A stretch of 64,000 bases of DNA, from assembly GCA_035299485.1 (NCBI GenBank), contig DATGWM010000014.1, forward strand, positions 160,370 through 224,369, given 5' to 3'. The position numbers and the translations under genes were made by a program. Positions 18,643 through 31,770 of the stretch are shown piece by piece; position 1 is the stretch's first letter; every line of letters begins with the position of its first letter. This stretch comes from Fluviicola sp. (lineage in GTDB: Bacteria > Bacteroidota > Bacteroidia > Flavobacteriales_D > Crocinitomicaceae). The notes beneath the pieces are model-generated. The model had not been told where the DNA came from. It did no database searches and saw only the letters and a list, made by a program, of their open reading frames with translations.

Positions 18643-21261
18643 TTATCGTGTCACTGTCACCGTTCCCTGGTAAACCAGTTTTTTATCCGATAAAATATCT
18701 TTTGCGCGAATCACCCACGTGTACGATCCGTTTTTCACGATCTCGCCATGGTAAGTTCCGTCCCACTCGGCATCGATGTCGTGTGATTCCCAGATCATTT
18801 CGCCCCAGCGGTTGTACACCACCAATTCGAAATTGTATCGGTCAACACCTTCCATGTGAATGCCCCATGTCTGGTTAAACTCATCTCCATCCGGCGTAAA
18901 CGTATTCGGAACATACAGCAACACCTCCGGCAATACCGGAATGGTTCTGATCGCCGTATCCTTACAGCCAAGGTAAGAAGTAGAGATCAGCGTTACATCG
19001 TAATATCCGGTCAATCCGTCAGGGAAAACCGTGACCATGTCTGTGTTCGTAGAAGCACCCGGAGTTCCACCGTTTACCGACCATTCATAGGTGTCAGCAC
19101 CGAATGAATAATTGGTCAATGTCACTACAGTGTTGAACATCGTTACCGGGTCAGGACTCCATTTGAAATCGGCAATCGGTTTTGAATGCACATTCAGGTA
19201 ATCAACAAATGTCGTAGAATCGATACAACCATCCGGAGATGTTACGATCAACTGTACATCGTAAACTCCAGCGTAAAGTGCTTCCGGAGTTACAATATCC
19301 GAATTAAAGAACTCCTGCCCGTCACTGATTCTCCAGTAATTGGCGGCAGACATAGCAGGATCCGTTTGATTGGTCAGCGTAAACAAGGCAGGCTCACATT
19401 TTACAGGCTCATCAACTGCGATCAAAGGCACAGGCACCGGAAGTGCGGTAATCTGTGTATTGATCACAAACGGAGTCGATTCGCAAGCGTCATCAACTGT
19501 CACCGTGTAAGTCGTTGTAACGAGCGGAGATTCGGTAATGGATGATGAAACACCATTTTGGTTAAAACCTGTGGACCATGTATAGTTGTAAGGCTGGCCG
19601 ATTCCTCCGCTCCCGTTAACGGTAATCGTAGCCGGGTAACCCGGACAAACAGATTGCGTCGGTGTAATCGTTGCGCTCAGCGGCGGACGAACGGTTACGT
19701 CGATAGACGCCGGCAATGAAGCACAACCATTCTGGTTCACAGCCACTACCGTATAAGTGGTCGCTGCAAGCGGGTTCACGTCCTGGTTTGGCAGCAATGA
19801 AGCTGAGTGTGACCAGTTGTAGGTATAAGTAATCCCACCGATTGCCGAAGCGACCAACGAAGCAGTACCATTCTGGCAGATCAACGTGTCATTGGAAACG
19901 CTTACTACGACAGGTGCAGGATCAATTACGGTTACAGGAATACATTTCTGGCATCCGAGGGCGTTTCTTGCACATACGTTGTAGTTACCGGCAGCAAATC
20001 CGCCTTGGGTATTGGTTGGAACCCAGGTCACACCGTTATCGTAGCTGTATTCGGTAGCTCCAACAGAAGTAATGGTAATCTGGCCGTCGGCAAGGCCTGC
20101 ACAGCTAGGGCTGGTTTGCGCTGCAGAGGCAGACAATTCCGAAACCACAACCGTTACCGTATCACGGAAAGTACCGCATACCGTACTTGTTTCACGCAGG
20201 ATGAATTTATAGGTTCCCGGTTGGTTCACCGTTACCGTTGGGTTCATGCTACTGAAGTTCGGACTGAAGTTTGCCACAGCAGGAGGAGATAATCCCGGAG
20301 GAACAATCGCCTGCCAGTTGGATGAGTTTGAAGCCGAGCTTGGCACACCGTTCAAAAAGATCGGTGACCCCAAACAAACAGTCTGGTCCGGACCCGCATT
20401 TGGAGTTGGAGGTGAAACAACAGTGATTGTGAATGAAATCGTATCGATAAAGTATGGCGTTCCCGGAACCGCAGCCTGCTCGATCTCTACCTGGTAAGTT
20501 GTCGTAACAGTTGGTGTAACGGTAACGTTAGGGCCGGCATTTACGTTCGGAACCCCATTGGTTACCAACCATTCATAAGTTGGCGAAGGAAGGCCACCAT
20601 TGTTGATCACTACGTTTGCGGAAGATCCAAGACAAATGGTTTGGTTACCGGCAGCGGGGTCACATGAAACAGTTGCAGTTCCTGAGAAATCAAGATTTAC
20701 CGTTCCGCTCAGACCACTGTAGTTGGATAAACACAATACAAATGACTGGCCTGCAGTTACTGTCAAAGGAGCTTCGTAGCTTGTCCATGAACCATTCGGA
20801 GGAAGGTTTCCTGCTGAGGCCATTCCGGTGTTACCGTTACAGCTTCCGTTCCAGTTACAGGCAACAGGAGCCAGTGTATTTCCATTGATCCCCGCACAGG
20901 CGTTTCCGTTAATGTTCGGCCACATGATCCAGTCAAAACATCCTGAATTTGTAGGGTTCCCACTTGCGTCAACACCAATCATGGACCACTCCAATGTTCC
21001 GCCGCTCACCACATTGATGGTAATAAACGTAGAACTGGTTTCACCACTCAGCAAACAGCCGGAATTGGAGCCATTCGGATTGATAGACGGGTTGGAAACA
21101 CTTCCCGAAGTAAAATCGATAATATTGGTTGCAGGGTTATTCGGCTCAATGGCAAAACTCGGAGTTGTACACCCCGGAACGGCATCTACGCAGTCATTTG
21201 GTTGTGCCCAGGAAACGACGGTTAATAAGCTGCAAAAAATTAAAAGTAATTGTGTTCTCAT
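18643..21261 (-). CDS. Large Cys-rich secreted PKD/Ig-domain protein with T9SS type B C-terminal domain
   Basis: Signal peptide, PNAGPDQTVC and SprB-like repeats, PKD-like segments, C-terminal YVPNTFTPDGDEFNQTW...YNRWGE...WDGTYHG. Confidence 0.88.
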   Translation of the reverse strand: MRTQLLLIFCSLLTVVSWAQPNDCVDAVPGCTTPSFAIEPNNPATNIIDFTSGSVSNPSINPNGSNSGCLLSGETSSTFITINVVSGGTLEWSMIGVDASGNPTNSGCFDWIMWPNINGNACAGINGNTLAPVACNWNGSCNGNTGMASAGNLPPNGSWTSYEAPLTVTAGQSFVLCLSNYSGLSGTVNLDFSGTATVSCDPAAGNQTICLGSSANVVINNGGLPSPTYEWLVTNGVPNVNAGPNVTVTPTVTTTYQVEIEQAAVPGTPYFIDTISFTITVVSPPTPNAGPDQTVCLGSPIFLNGVPSSASNSSNWQAIVPPGLSPPAVANFSPNFSSMNPTVTVNQPGTYKFILRETSTVCGTFRDTVTVVVSELSASAAQTSPSCAGLADGQITITSVGATEYSYDNGVTWVPTNTQGGFAAGNYNVCARNALGCQKCIPVTVIDPAPVVVSVSNDTLICQNGTASLVASAIGGITYTYNWSHSASLLPNQDVNPLAATTYTVVAVNQNGCASLPASIDVTVRPPLSATITPTQSVCPGYPATITVNGSGGIGQPYNYTWSTGFNQNGVSSSITESPLVTTTYTVTVDDACESTPFVINTQITALPVPVPLIAVDEPVKCEPALFTLTNQTDPAMSAANYWRISDGQEFFNSDIVTPEALYAGVYDVQLIVTSPDGCIDSTTFVDYLNVHSKPIADFKWSPDPVTMFNTVVTLTNYSFGADTYEWSVNGGTPGASTNTDMVTVFPDGLTGYYDVTLISTSYLGCKDTAIRTIPVLPEVLLYVPNTFTPDGDEFNQTWGIHMEGVDRYNFELVVYNRWGEMIWESHDIDAEWDGTYHGEIVKNGSYTWVIRAKDILSDKKLVYQGTVTVTR

Positions 21262-21265
21262 GTTT

Positions 21266-21619
21266 TTAGTCGTTTTCGCAGTTAGTGAACGGGTAAGGAT
21301 TTACTTGATCTACGCCATGTAAACCAACTTGAATGCAGGTAGCCTGCCCGGCATATTCACCCAGCCATGAAGAAAATTCGGCCGGTGTAAATGACGTTAA
21401 GTCTTTTGTCAGCAGAAAAGCTCTTTTTGAAGACCAATCCAGCCGCACAACAGCTACATAAGGATTGCTGCGCAGAGATTCTTCCAATGCACGAAAAGCA
21501 GGCTCGTCATTCATGTCAAGCATGCACTGCGCAAAGAATTTCGGTGGCTGGCTGTTTTCTTGTGCATTCGAAGCAAACGATAGTCCGAAAAAACAAATAA
21601 TAACAATCAAGGTTTTCAT
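21266..21619 (-). CDS. Small secreted hypothetical protein
   Basis: Signal peptide MKTLIVIICFFGLSFASNAQ; stop 4 nt before the T9SS cargo start, probably the same operon. Confidence 0.7.
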   Translation of the reverse strand: MKTLIVIICFFGLSFASNAQENSQPPKFFAQCMLDMNDEPAFRALEESLRSNPYVAVVRLDWSSKRAFLLTKDLTSFTPAEFSSWLGEYAGQATCIQVGLHGVDQVNPYPFTNCEND

Positions 21620-21737
21620 AAGCAATGTATATTCTTTAGCTATTAAACGTGCATTAAAGCAGAAGGTTGTCTGCAAGATCATAGGTTTATTGCAGTATTA
21701 AGGCAAATTTACAGAATCTTCACATTGTGTTAAATAA

Positions 21738-21767
21738 AAATAGGAGAGCATTCTTGCCCTCCTATTT
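21738..21767 (-). terminator. Terminator after eno
   Basis: AAATAGGAG/CTCCTATTT stem 20 nt beyond the eno stop. Confidence 0.7.
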
Positions 21768-21787
21768 CACTGAATAACTAAATCCTT

Positions 21788-24170
<2,383 letters not shown>

Positions 24171-24186
24171 GCTGTGATTTTTTTTG

Positions 24187-24194
24187 CAAAATTA
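24187..24194 (-). promoter_or_regulatory. -7 promoter element for carA-eno
   Basis: TAATTTTG on the minus strand, 16 nt before the carA ATG. Confidence 0.6.
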
Positions 24195-24282
24195 GAATAT
24201 AAAAGTCATTCGAAAGGTAAGGGTTCATAAAAAAGAATGAAAGTTGAAAAATCGTTTCAGCAAATCTCAATTGTCCCACCTG

Positions 24283-24594
24283 TTAATCAATTTTGTTTTG
24301 ATAAAATACGACTCCTACACGCTGAATATGTTCAACAAGGTCAGGATTCGAAATCTGGCTGAATACCGACAAATCAATGGTATAGGGCAATAGTAAATTG
24401 TCAAGGGATTCATCAATACGGAATTGAATATCCAAATTCAATTGTTCTCCAATAAGTGTAAGGTCAATGTCAGAATTATGCCGATAATTCCCTTTGGCCC
24501 TGGAACCATAAATAATGACTTTTTCCACTTCCGGATATTCAGCAAATACACTTCGGATTTTATCAATATTCTCTGCACTTAAACCAAATTCCAT
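24283..24594 (-). CDS. Minimal nucleotidyltransferase (MNT) antitoxin
   Basis: IYGSRAKG...SDIDL motif, about 100 aa, YTIDL. Confidence 0.9.
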   Translation of the reverse strand: MEFGLSAENIDKIRSVFAEYPEVEKVIIYGSRAKGNYRHNSDIDLTLIGEQLNLDIQFRIDESLDNLLLPYTIDLSVFSQISNPDLVEHIQRVGVVFYQNKID

Positions 24595-24596
24595 GA

Positions 24597-25061
24597 TCAA
24601 AATAATGACTGTTGTTCCCCTGATCTTTTTTCTTCCATAGTATTTCTGAATTCAAAAAAAGCGGCATAGTAATGATTCATGATTTTCATGAAAATCTCAT
24701 TAGCGGTATCTTCATTGTAAGTATGTGTGGTCAAATTTCTACTCTTTATCATATCCATCCATACTTCACCATCATTAATCAATTGAAGTTTAAACGCCTC
24801 TCTTGTAGCATCTCTAGAGCCAGCAACTGATGGATTTCCTTGGAAATGCGCATAATCCTTCATTACATTCCAGCCGAGCTCATGAGTATATTCAAAGCGC
24901 TGTATCAAAGATTCTTTACGCATTTCATCCATCAATTCCCATGTATCATCATCCTCGACATCATGAGCTGTGTTCCGGATAAATTCAACTGCCTCTTTCA
25001 GTTTTCCAAAAGCTTTCTGATAATTCGAAAACCGTTGTTCCCATCTTATGTCTTCTTCCAT
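24597..25061 (-). CDS. HEPN protein (HI0074 / nucleotidyltransferase substrate-binding family), putative toxin
   Basis: DIRWEQRFSNY, LIQRFEYTHEL.W, RNLTTH (Rx4H motif); adjacent to the MNT gene. Confidence 0.9.
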   Translation of the reverse strand: MEEDIRWEQRFSNYQKAFGKLKEAVEFIRNTAHDVEDDDTWELMDEMRKESLIQRFEYTHELGWNVMKDYAHFQGNPSVAGSRDATREAFKLQLINDGEVWMDMIKSRNLTTHTYNEDTANEIFMKIMNHYYAAFFEFRNTMEEKRSGEQQSLF

Positions 25062-25125
25062 CCTCATTCAGCTATTGATTAAACCATTTTCTAAATGCTA
25101 AAATAATCATTGCTATTTACTTCAT

Positions 25126-25164
25126 AAAAAAAGGGTCTCACCGATAAACGACAAGACCCTTTTT
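25126..25164 (-). terminator. Terminator of the ribosomal cluster after rplQ
   Basis: AAAAAGGGTCT/AGACCCTTTTT stem with a T-run on the minus strand. Confidence 0.8.
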
Positions 25165-25180
25165 CAATTATCATTGATCA

Positions 25181-25858
25181 TTACTGATCATCTTTTTTTT
25201 CTTCTTCATCAGCAGACGGCTCTTCCGTTGCTTCCGGAGCGGCTTCTTCCACTGCTTCCTCAGCTACCGGAGCTTCTTCAACCACTTCTGCGGCTGATAC
25301 TTCCTCCACTACTTCTGCTTCTACAGCCGGAGCTTCTTCTACTTCCGCAACCGGTGTCTCTTCAACTACTGCTTCCGGTGCAGCTTCTTCTGTTGCTGTT
25401 TCAACAGCAGGAGCTGTGGTTGCTTTCGCACCGCCACCTGATCCGCCACGACGTGAACGACGTGTAGTTGTTTTCTTCGTTTCACCAGCTCCGTAGATTT
25501 CGTTGAAGTCTACCAGCTCGATCAAACACATTTCAGCGTTATCACCCAAACGGTAACCTGTACGGATGATACGTGTGTACCCGCCCGGACGGTCAGCAAT
25601 TTTAGGAGCGATTGTGCGGAAAAGCTCTGTTACGGCTTCTTTACTTTTAAGGTAAGAGAAGGCAGTACGACGAGCGTGTGTGCTATCGTCTTTTGATTTG
25701 GTCAAAATCGGCTCTACATACACACGCAACGCTTTTGCTTTTGCGATGGTTGTATTAATACGCTTGTGTTCGATCAACGAACAAGCCATATTCGACAACA
25801 TAGCAGCTCTATGCGCTGTTTGTCTACCGAGATGATTGTGTTTTTTTCCGTGTCTCAT
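25181..25858 (-). CDS. rplQ: 50S ribosomal protein L17 with long acidic C-terminal extension
   Basis: [27 protein letters not shown]; Ala/Glu/Val-rich tail. Confidence 0.97.
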   Translation of the reverse strand: MRHGKKHNHLGRQTAHRAAMLSNMACSLIEHKRINTTIAKAKALRVYVEPILTKSKDDSTHARRTAFSYLKSKEAVTELFRTIAPKIADRPGGYTRIIRTGYRLGDNAEMCLIELVDFNEIYGAGETKKTTTRRSRRGGSGGGAKATTAPAVETATEEAAPEAVVEETPVAEVEEAPAVEAEVVEEVSAAEVVEEAPVAEEAVEEAAPEATEEPSADEEEKKDDQ

Positions 25859-25950
25859 TTTTGTAAATTTCGTAAGTAACGGTTAGCTGAAACTACTATC
25901 GCCTCATTTCAGCCACCTATCACGACATTGTTTAATTGTTTATTGCGATA

Positions 25951-26943
25951 CTAGTCTTTATCCAATTTGTACTTCGCTACGTTCATACCGAAGTTCAATC
26001 CTTTTGCGTCAACAAGGTCTTCCAACTCTGTCAATGACTTCTTACCGAAGTTACGGAACTTCAACAAGTCATTTTTGTTGTAAGAAACCAGGTCACCCAA
26101 TGTTTCAACATCTGCAGCTTTCAAACAGTTCAGGGCACGTACGGAAAGATCCATATCTACCAATTTTGTTTTCAGCAACTGACGCATGTGCAATGAAGTT
26201 TCGTCGAACTCTTCTGTCTCTGATTTCACTTCGCTGTCCAATGTGATACGCTCATCAGAGAACAACATGAAGTGGTGGATCAAAATTTTCGCTGCTTCTT
26301 TCAATGCATCTTTCGGGTGAATTGAACCGTCGGTTGTTACTTCAAGGACCAATTTTTCGTAATCTGTTTTTTGCTCAACACGGTAGTTTTCGATCGTGTA
26401 TTTCACATTAACGATTGGTGTAAAAATCGAGTCAATAAAGATCGTTCCGAACGGAGCATTTCCTGACTTGTTTTCTTCAGCCGGCAAGTAACCTCTTCCT
26501 TTGATGATTGTCAGCTCGATCTCCAGTTTTACGGAAGATTCCATGTTACAAATCACCAAATCCGGGTTCAATACCTGGAACGCTGATGTAAATTTACCAA
26601 GGTCGCCGGCAGTCAGTTTATCCTGACCTGAGATCGAAACCACAACGGATTCGTTGTCTGTTCCTTCGATCTGCTGCTTGAAACGAACTTGTTTCAGGTT
26701 CAAAACGATTTCGGTAACGTCTTCAACGACACCTTTCAACGTTGCGAACTCGTGGTCTACACCTTCGATGCGCACTGAAGAAATGGCGTAACCTTCCAAT
26801 GAAGAAAGTAAGATACGACGCAATGCGTTTCCTACAGTGATTCCATATCCTGGCTCAAGCGGGCGGAACTCGAATTGTCCTTTGCGCTCATCAGACTGGA
26901 TCATAATTACCTTGTCAGGCTTTTGAAAATCTAAAATTGCCAT
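25951..26943 (-). CDS. rpoA: RNA polymerase alpha subunit
   Basis: [40 protein letters not shown]. Confidence 0.98.
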   Translation of the reverse strand: MAILDFQKPDKVIMIQSDERKGQFEFRPLEPGYGITVGNALRRILLSSLEGYAISSVRIEGVDHEFATLKGVVEDVTEIVLNLKQVRFKQQIEGTDNESVVVSISGQDKLTAGDLGKFTSAFQVLNPDLVICNMESSVKLEIELTIIKGRGYLPAEENKSGNAPFGTIFIDSIFTPIVNVKYTIENYRVEQKTDYEKLVLEVTTDGSIHPKDALKEAAKILIHHFMLFSDERITLDSEVKSETEEFDETSLHMRQLLKTKLVDMDLSVRALNCLKAADVETLGDLVSYNKNDLLKFRNFGKKSLTELEDLVDAKGLNFGMNVAKYKLDKD

Positions 26944-27038
26944 TTTATTTTCTTCTTTTTAATTGTTTCACAGTTGCGCGGTCTGACTGATTGAAGAAAG
27001 TCGGCCGGACCCTTTAGCTGCGATTCAATAGTTAATGA

Positions 27039-27647
27039 TTACTTAGAGTACAATTCGACGATTAGTTGCTCCTTGATGTTTTCAGGGATCATTTCGCGTG
27101 ATGGAACGCTCAACAGTTTTCCTGCATGCTGAGACGGATTCCAATCCAACCAATCGTAACGTTTGTTGGAAGCTGTCAAAGAAGACGTGATTGCCTCCAA
27201 TGATTTTGACTTCTCACGTACACTTACCACATCACCAACGCGCAATGTGAAAGAAGGGATGTTTACCACTTCACCGTTTACCACGATGTGTTTGTGAGTT
27301 ACCAACTGACGCGCTGCACGTCGTGTAGGAGCGATACCTAAACGGTAAACAGTGTTATCCAGGCGCAATTCGCACAATTGTAACAATACTTCACCGGTAA
27401 TCCCTTTCATGCGGGATGCTTTTTCGAACAAATTAGAGAACTGACGCTCTAAAATACCGTAGGTATATTTTGCTTTTTGTTTTTCACCAAGCTGGATAGC
27501 GTATTCTGACTGCTTTCCACCTCTGCGTTTGTTAGGACCGTGCTGACCTGGGCCATACTGTCTTCTGTCTAATGCTTTGTCCGGGCCAAAGATCGGTTCG
27601 CGGAAACGACGTGCGATCTTGGTCTTAGGACCTGTATATCTTGCCAT
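27039..27647 (-). CDS. rpsD: 30S ribosomal protein S4
   Basis: [31 protein letters not shown]. Confidence 0.98.
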   Translation of the reverse strand: MARYTGPKTKIARRFREPIFGPDKALDRRQYGPGQHGPNKRRGGKQSEYAIQLGEKQKAKYTYGILERQFSNLFEKASRMKGITGEVLLQLCELRLDNTVYRLGIAPTRRAARQLVTHKHIVVNGEVVNIPSFTLRVGDVVSVREKSKSLEAITSSLTASNKRYDWLDWNPSQHAGKLLSVPSREMIPENIKEQLIVELYSK

Positions 27648-27661
27648 ATTAAAATTAAATT

Positions 27662-27714
27662 AAAGGGGGATTATGAATTAAGGCTTTTCCTTCGATAACC
27701 GGGTTCCCCTTTTT
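27662..27714 (-). promoter_or_regulatory. Structured leader between rpsK and rpsD (candidate S4 autoregulatory leader)
   Basis: Nested hairpin AAAGGGG..TTATGAA..AAGG/CCTT..TTCGATAA..CCCCTTT ending 14 nt before the rpsD start. Confidence 0.5.
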
Positions 27715-27727
27715 GATTATTACATTA

Positions 27728-28114
27728 TTATACGCGACGTCTTTTTGGCGGACGACAACCATTGTGGGGTAGCGGAGTCACATCAACGATCTCGATTACT
27801 TCGATTCCGCTGTTGTGGATGGAACGTATTGCGGATTCACGACCGCCACCAGGGCCTTTCACGAAAACTTTCACTCTACGTAATCCGAAGTCATGTGCTT
27901 CTTTAGAGGCGTCTTCTGCTGCAACCTGCGCTGCATAAGGCGTGTTCTTTTTAGATCCTCTGAAACCCATTTTTCCCGCTGAAGACCAAGAAATCACTTG
28001 TCCAGCATTGTTCGTCAAAGAAATAATCACGTTGTTGAAGGTAGCTTGAATATGCGCTTCACCCAATGCGTCTACTTTGACTTTTTTGGTATTCTTCTTA
28101 TTTGACTTTGCCAT
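27728..28114 (-). CDS. rpsK: 30S ribosomal protein S11
   Basis: [40 protein letters not shown]. Confidence 0.98.
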   Translation of the reverse strand: MAKSNKKNTKKVKVDALGEAHIQATFNNVIISLTNNAGQVISWSSAGKMGFRGSKKNTPYAAQVAAEDASKEAHDFGLRRVKVFVKGPGGGRESAIRSIHNSGIEVIEIVDVTPLPHNGCRPPKRRRV

Positions 28115-28122
28115 GTTAACTA

Positions 28123-28497
28123 TTATTTAGCTGCTTTTTTCTTGTTAGCAACTGTTTTTCTCTTACCTTTTCTCGTACGAGAGTTGTTTTTTGTTCGTTG
28201 ACCTCTTAACGGAAGTCCAGCACGGTGACGAATTCCACGTGTGCAACCGATATCCATCAAACGTTTGATGTTCAACTGGATCTCAGAGCGCAATTGTCCT
28301 TCTGTCTTGATTTCTGCAATAGAATTACGGATCAACGAAATCTGATCGTCGTTCCAATCCTGAACTTTAATGTTCTCATCGATGCCATTAGAAGTCAAGA
28401 CTTGCTTAGCCGTGCTTCGGCCAATTCCGTAGATGTAAGTCAATCCGATTACACCTCGTTTGTTTTTTGGTAGATCTATACCTGCAATACGTGCCAT
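28123..28497 (-). CDS. rpsM: 30S ribosomal protein S13
   Basis: [35 protein letters not shown]. Confidence 0.98.
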   Translation of the reverse strand: MARIAGIDLPKNKRGVIGLTYIYGIGRSTAKQVLTSNGIDENIKVQDWNDDQISLIRNSIAEIKTEGQLRSEIQLNIKRLMDIGCTRGIRHRAGLPLRGQRTKNNSRTRKGKRKTVANKKKAAK

Positions 28498-28499
28498 AA

Positions 28500-28616
28500 T
28501 TACCCTTGTCTTTGTTTAAGTTTAGGATTCTTCTTGTTAATCACGTAAACTCTTCCTTTTCGTTTAACGATCTTGCAGTCCGCTGAACGTTTTTTTACTG
28601 AAGCTCTTACTTTCAT
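28500..28616 (-). CDS. rpmJ: 50S ribosomal protein L36 (form without Zn ribbon)
   Basis: Hand translation [38 protein letters not shown] (38 aa). Confidence 0.96.
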   Translation of the reverse strand: MKVRASVKKRSADCKIVKRKGRVYVINKKNPKLKQRQG

Positions 28617-28642
28617 GTTCCTATTTTTTTATTCTGGTTTCC

Positions 28643-28861
28643 TTACTTGTAACGGAAGGAAATACGTCCTTTTGTTAAATCGTACGGTGACATCTCTACT
28701 TTCACACGGTCTCCCGGAAGAATTTTGATGTAGAACATTCTCATTTTACCCGAAATATGGGCCGTAATGATGTGTCCGTTTTCCAATTCCACCCGAAACA
28801 TCGCATTCGATAATGCTTCGATGATCGTACCATCCTGTTCAATTGAGCTTTGCTTAGCCAT
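28643..28861 (-). CDS. infA: Translation initiation factor IF-1
   Basis: [36 protein letters not shown]. Confidence 0.98.
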   Translation of the reverse strand: MAKQSSIEQDGTIIEALSNAMFRVELENGHIITAHISGKMRMFYIKILPGDRVKVEMSPYDLTKGRISFRYK

Positions 28862-28864
28862 AAT

Positions 28865-30202
28865 CTAAAAACCTGATAATTCGTTAGCTGCTCTTCGTCC
28901 GCGAACCCGCGTACCTTCCATCAAACCGTCCATGTGACGATTCAACAGGTAAGATTCAATCTGCTGAAGCGTATCCAATACAACTCCCACCATGATCAGT
29001 AGTGACGTTCCACCGAAGAACATTTCAAATCCTGAGGTAATACCTGCAGCATGTGCAATGGACGGAAGGATTGCGATCATCGCCAGGAACAATGAACCAG
29101 GCAAGGTGATACGCGACACCAAAGTATCGATGAAGTTTGCTGTCTCTTCACCCGGACGAACACCAGGGATAAACCCACCGTTTCGTTTCAGGTCATCAGC
29201 CATTTTACGAGGATTGATCATGATCGCCGTATAGAAATACGTAAAGATGACGATCAGCAAGCCCAATAAAATGTTGTAGGTTAAACCGTAAATATCACTC
29301 AGGTTTGTCTGGAACCAGGTAGGTTTTCCGTTTCCGCTTCCGCTGAAGATCATTACCGGAATGGTCATGATCGCCTGCGCGAAGATGATCGGCATTACAC
29401 CTGATGCGTTTACTTTCAACGGAAGGTAACTGCGCGCTCCCTGTGCATCTGCTGCACGTGCTCCCACAACTCGTTTAGCTGTATTGAGCGGAATTTTACG
29501 CACACCCTGAACAATCAGGATGGTACCTACCACGATCAGCATAAACACTACTACCTCGAGTACGATCAAAAGCGGTTGTCTCATAGCCACTTCCGAAAGG
29601 AAAGACTGAGGCAGACGCGCAAGGATACCTACTGTAATCAATAATGAAATACCGTTTCCGATTCCTTTGTCAGTAATACGCTCACCCAACCAAACAGCAA
29701 ACATGGAACCAGCCACCATTACGATAATGGACTGGGCCCACCACAACGTACCTGCGTCAACAGGCAACGCGCCTTTTTGGCCGATGTACAGCGACAGGTA
29801 ACTTGGTGCCTGGGCTGCACAAATGATGATGGTCAAAATTCGAGTGTAGTTGTTGATTTGCTTACGGCCAGACTCGCCTTCATTCTGCATTTTCTGTACT
29901 GCCGGAACGGCCATACCCAATAATTGCATGATGATCGACGCACTGATATACGGCATGATTCCCAACCCCATAATGGATGCGTTGGTAAAACCTCCTCCAG
30001 AGAACAATGATAATAACGTTTCTAGCGTTCCCGCACCACCTGCTTCTTTTTGAGCGGAGGTGAGCGCTTCATAATTCACACCCGGAAGAACGATAAAAGA
30101 TCCGATACGGTAAACAAGAATAAGAGAAAGCGTGAGTATAATACGCTTTCTCAATTCTTCAACCTTCCAGATATTCTTTATGTTTTGTATAAACCGTTTC
30201 AT
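28865..30202 (-). CDS. secY: Preprotein translocase SecY
   Basis: GIMPYISASII, GIGNGISL, SGVMPIIFA, GFIPGVRPG, FGGTSLLI. Confidence 0.98.
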   Translation of the reverse strand: MKRFIQNIKNIWKVEELRKRIILTLSLILVYRIGSFIVLPGVNYEALTSAQKEAGGAGTLETLLSLFSGGGFTNASIMGLGIMPYISASIIMQLLGMAVPAVQKMQNEGESGRKQINNYTRILTIIICAAQAPSYLSLYIGQKGALPVDAGTLWWAQSIIVMVAGSMFAVWLGERITDKGIGNGISLLITVGILARLPQSFLSEVAMRQPLLIVLEVVVFMLIVVGTILIVQGVRKIPLNTAKRVVGARAADAQGARSYLPLKVNASGVMPIIFAQAIMTIPVMIFSGSGNGKPTWFQTNLSDIYGLTYNILLGLLIVIFTYFYTAIMINPRKMADDLKRNGGFIPGVRPGEETANFIDTLVSRITLPGSLFLAMIAILPSIAHAAGITSGFEMFFGGTSLLIMVGVVLDTLQQIESYLLNRHMDGLMEGTRVRGRRAANELSGF

Positions 30203-30225
30203 AGAAAAAATGTCGGCAAAGTTAA

Positions 30226-30672
30226 TTAGATTTCTGAAACATTACCACCCTGAGCTTCAATTCCTGATTTTGCAGTACTTGAAAACTTGTGAGCTGTTAC
30301 ATTTACTTTCGCTTTCAATTCACCGCGACCCAATACTTTCACAAGGTCATTGCGGGAAATCAAACCGTTTTCACGTAACACTTCCGGTGTAATTTCAGTG
30401 ATATTCTTACGCTCAACAAGCGACTGAATAGCATCTAAATTAATTGCTTTGTACTCAACGCGGTTAATGTTCTTGAATCCGAATTTAGGCACACGGCGCT
30501 GTAGCGGCATCTGACCTCCTTCGAAACCAATTTTTGTGGAATAACCTGAGCGTGATTTTGCTCCTTTGTGACCACGTGTAGATGTTCCACCGTGACCAGA
30601 TCCTTGTCCGCGAGCGATTCTTTTTTCAGAAAGAACCGAACCTTTGGCAGGGGTTAAACTATTTAAATTCAT
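30226..30672 (-). CDS. rplO: 50S ribosomal protein L15
   Basis: RGQGSGHGGTSTRGHKG, GFEGGQMPLQRRVPKFGF. Confidence 0.97.
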   Translation of the reverse strand: MNLNSLTPAKGSVLSEKRIARGQGSGHGGTSTRGHKGAKSRSGYSTKIGFEGGQMPLQRRVPKFGFKNINRVEYKAINLDAIQSLVERKNITEITPEVLRENGLISRNDLVKVLGRGELKAKVNVTAHKFSSTAKSGIEAQGGNVSEI

Positions 30673-30691
30673 CGTCAATTCGATTTTAGTA

Positions 30692-30868
30692 TTATTCTAC
30701 CACTTTGATCAAATGCTCGACCTTCTTGATCATACCAAGAATCTGTGGTGTTGCTTCTTTCTCTACTATTTGGTTCAACTTGCGGAATCCCAACGCCTGG
30801 ATAGTTCGTTTTTGACGCTCAGGACGTTTGATAGCACTGCGAACCTGCTGAATTTTAATTGTTGCCAT
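30692..30868 (-). CDS. rpmD: 50S ribosomal protein L30
   Basis: Hand translation MATIKIQQVRSAIKRPERQKRTIQALGFRKLNQIVE... (58 aa) between rpsE and rplO. Confidence 0.95.
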   Translation of the reverse strand: MATIKIQQVRSAIKRPERQKRTIQALGFRKLNQIVEKEATPQILGMIKKVEHLIKVVE

Positions 30869-30880
30869 ACTATTCTAAGA

Positions 30881-31396
30881 TTAACCGTTAAACACTTTGT
30901 CCAAGCTAATTCCACGCTGACGTGCAACTGTAACTGCGTCACGCATGTTTGCCAATGCATCCATGGTTGCTTTTACCACGTTGTGTGGGTTAGATGAACC
31001 TTGAGATTTCGCTAATACATTGTGTACACCAACTGACTCCAATACTGCACGCATCGCACCACCTGCGATTACACCTGTACCTTCTGTAGCCGGTTTCAAC
31101 AATACTTCTGCTCCACCGAATTTTCCTTTCTGTGCGTGAGGCACTGTTCCTTTAAGAATCGGAACTTTGATCAGGTTTTTCTTCGCGTCGTCGATACCTT
31201 TGGTAATTGCTTCTGTTACTTCTTTCGCTTTACCAAGGCCATGACCTACGATACCGTGCTCGTCGCCTACTACAACGATAGCTGAGAAACTGAACGTACG
31301 ACCACCTTTTGTTACTTTGGTCACACGGTTTACAGCTACCAATTTATCTTTAAGCTCAATTTCTGAGGCTTTCACTCTGTTTAATGCTTGTGCCAT
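30881..31396 (-). CDS. rpsE: 30S ribosomal protein S5
   Basis: [26 protein letters not shown]. Confidence 0.98.
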   Translation of the reverse strand: MAQALNRVKASEIELKDKLVAVNRVTKVTKGGRTFSFSAIVVVGDEHGIVGHGLGKAKEVTEAITKGIDDAKKNLIKVPILKGTVPHAQKGKFGGAEVLLKPATEGTGVIAGGAMRAVLESVGVHNVLAKSQGSSNPHNVVKATMDALANMRDAVTVARQRGISLDKVFNG

Positions 31397-31401
31397 TACT
31401 C

Positions 31402-31755
31402 TTAAAATTTAAGTCCGCCTTCTCTAGCTGAATCGGCTAATGATTTAACGCGACCGTGGTACAAATAACCATTACGGTCAAACACTACTGACTCTACGCC
31501 AGCCTTCACTGCTTTTTCAGCGATTTCTTTTCCTACAACAGCCGCCTGATCAACTTTGTTTTTCTTGCTAGCTGCTTTGTTGTTGTAAGAAGATGCTGCA
31601 ACCAGAGTAACTCCGTTTGTATCGTCGATCAACTGCGCATAAATCTGCTTGTTGGAACGAAATACAGACAAACGAGGCAACTGCGCTGTACCAGAAATTT
31701 TCTTTCTGATTCTACGCTTAATTTTTGCTCTTCTGTTTAATTTACTAAATGCCAT
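31402..31755 (-). CDS. rplR: 50S ribosomal protein L18
   Basis: [27 protein letters not shown]. Confidence 0.98.
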   Translation of the reverse strand: MAFSKLNRRAKIKRRIRKKISGTAQLPRLSVFRSNKQIYAQLIDDTNGVTLVAASSYNNKAASKKNKVDQAAVVGKEIAEKAVKAGVESVVFDRNGYLYHGRVKSLADSAREGGLKF

Positions 31756-31770
31756 AACTTCTAAATAAAA

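Noticed and set aside
25181-25500. Low-complexity Ala/Glu/Val repeats in the L17 tail
   Set aside because: Acidic L17 extensions are common in this phylum; not a DNA repeat element
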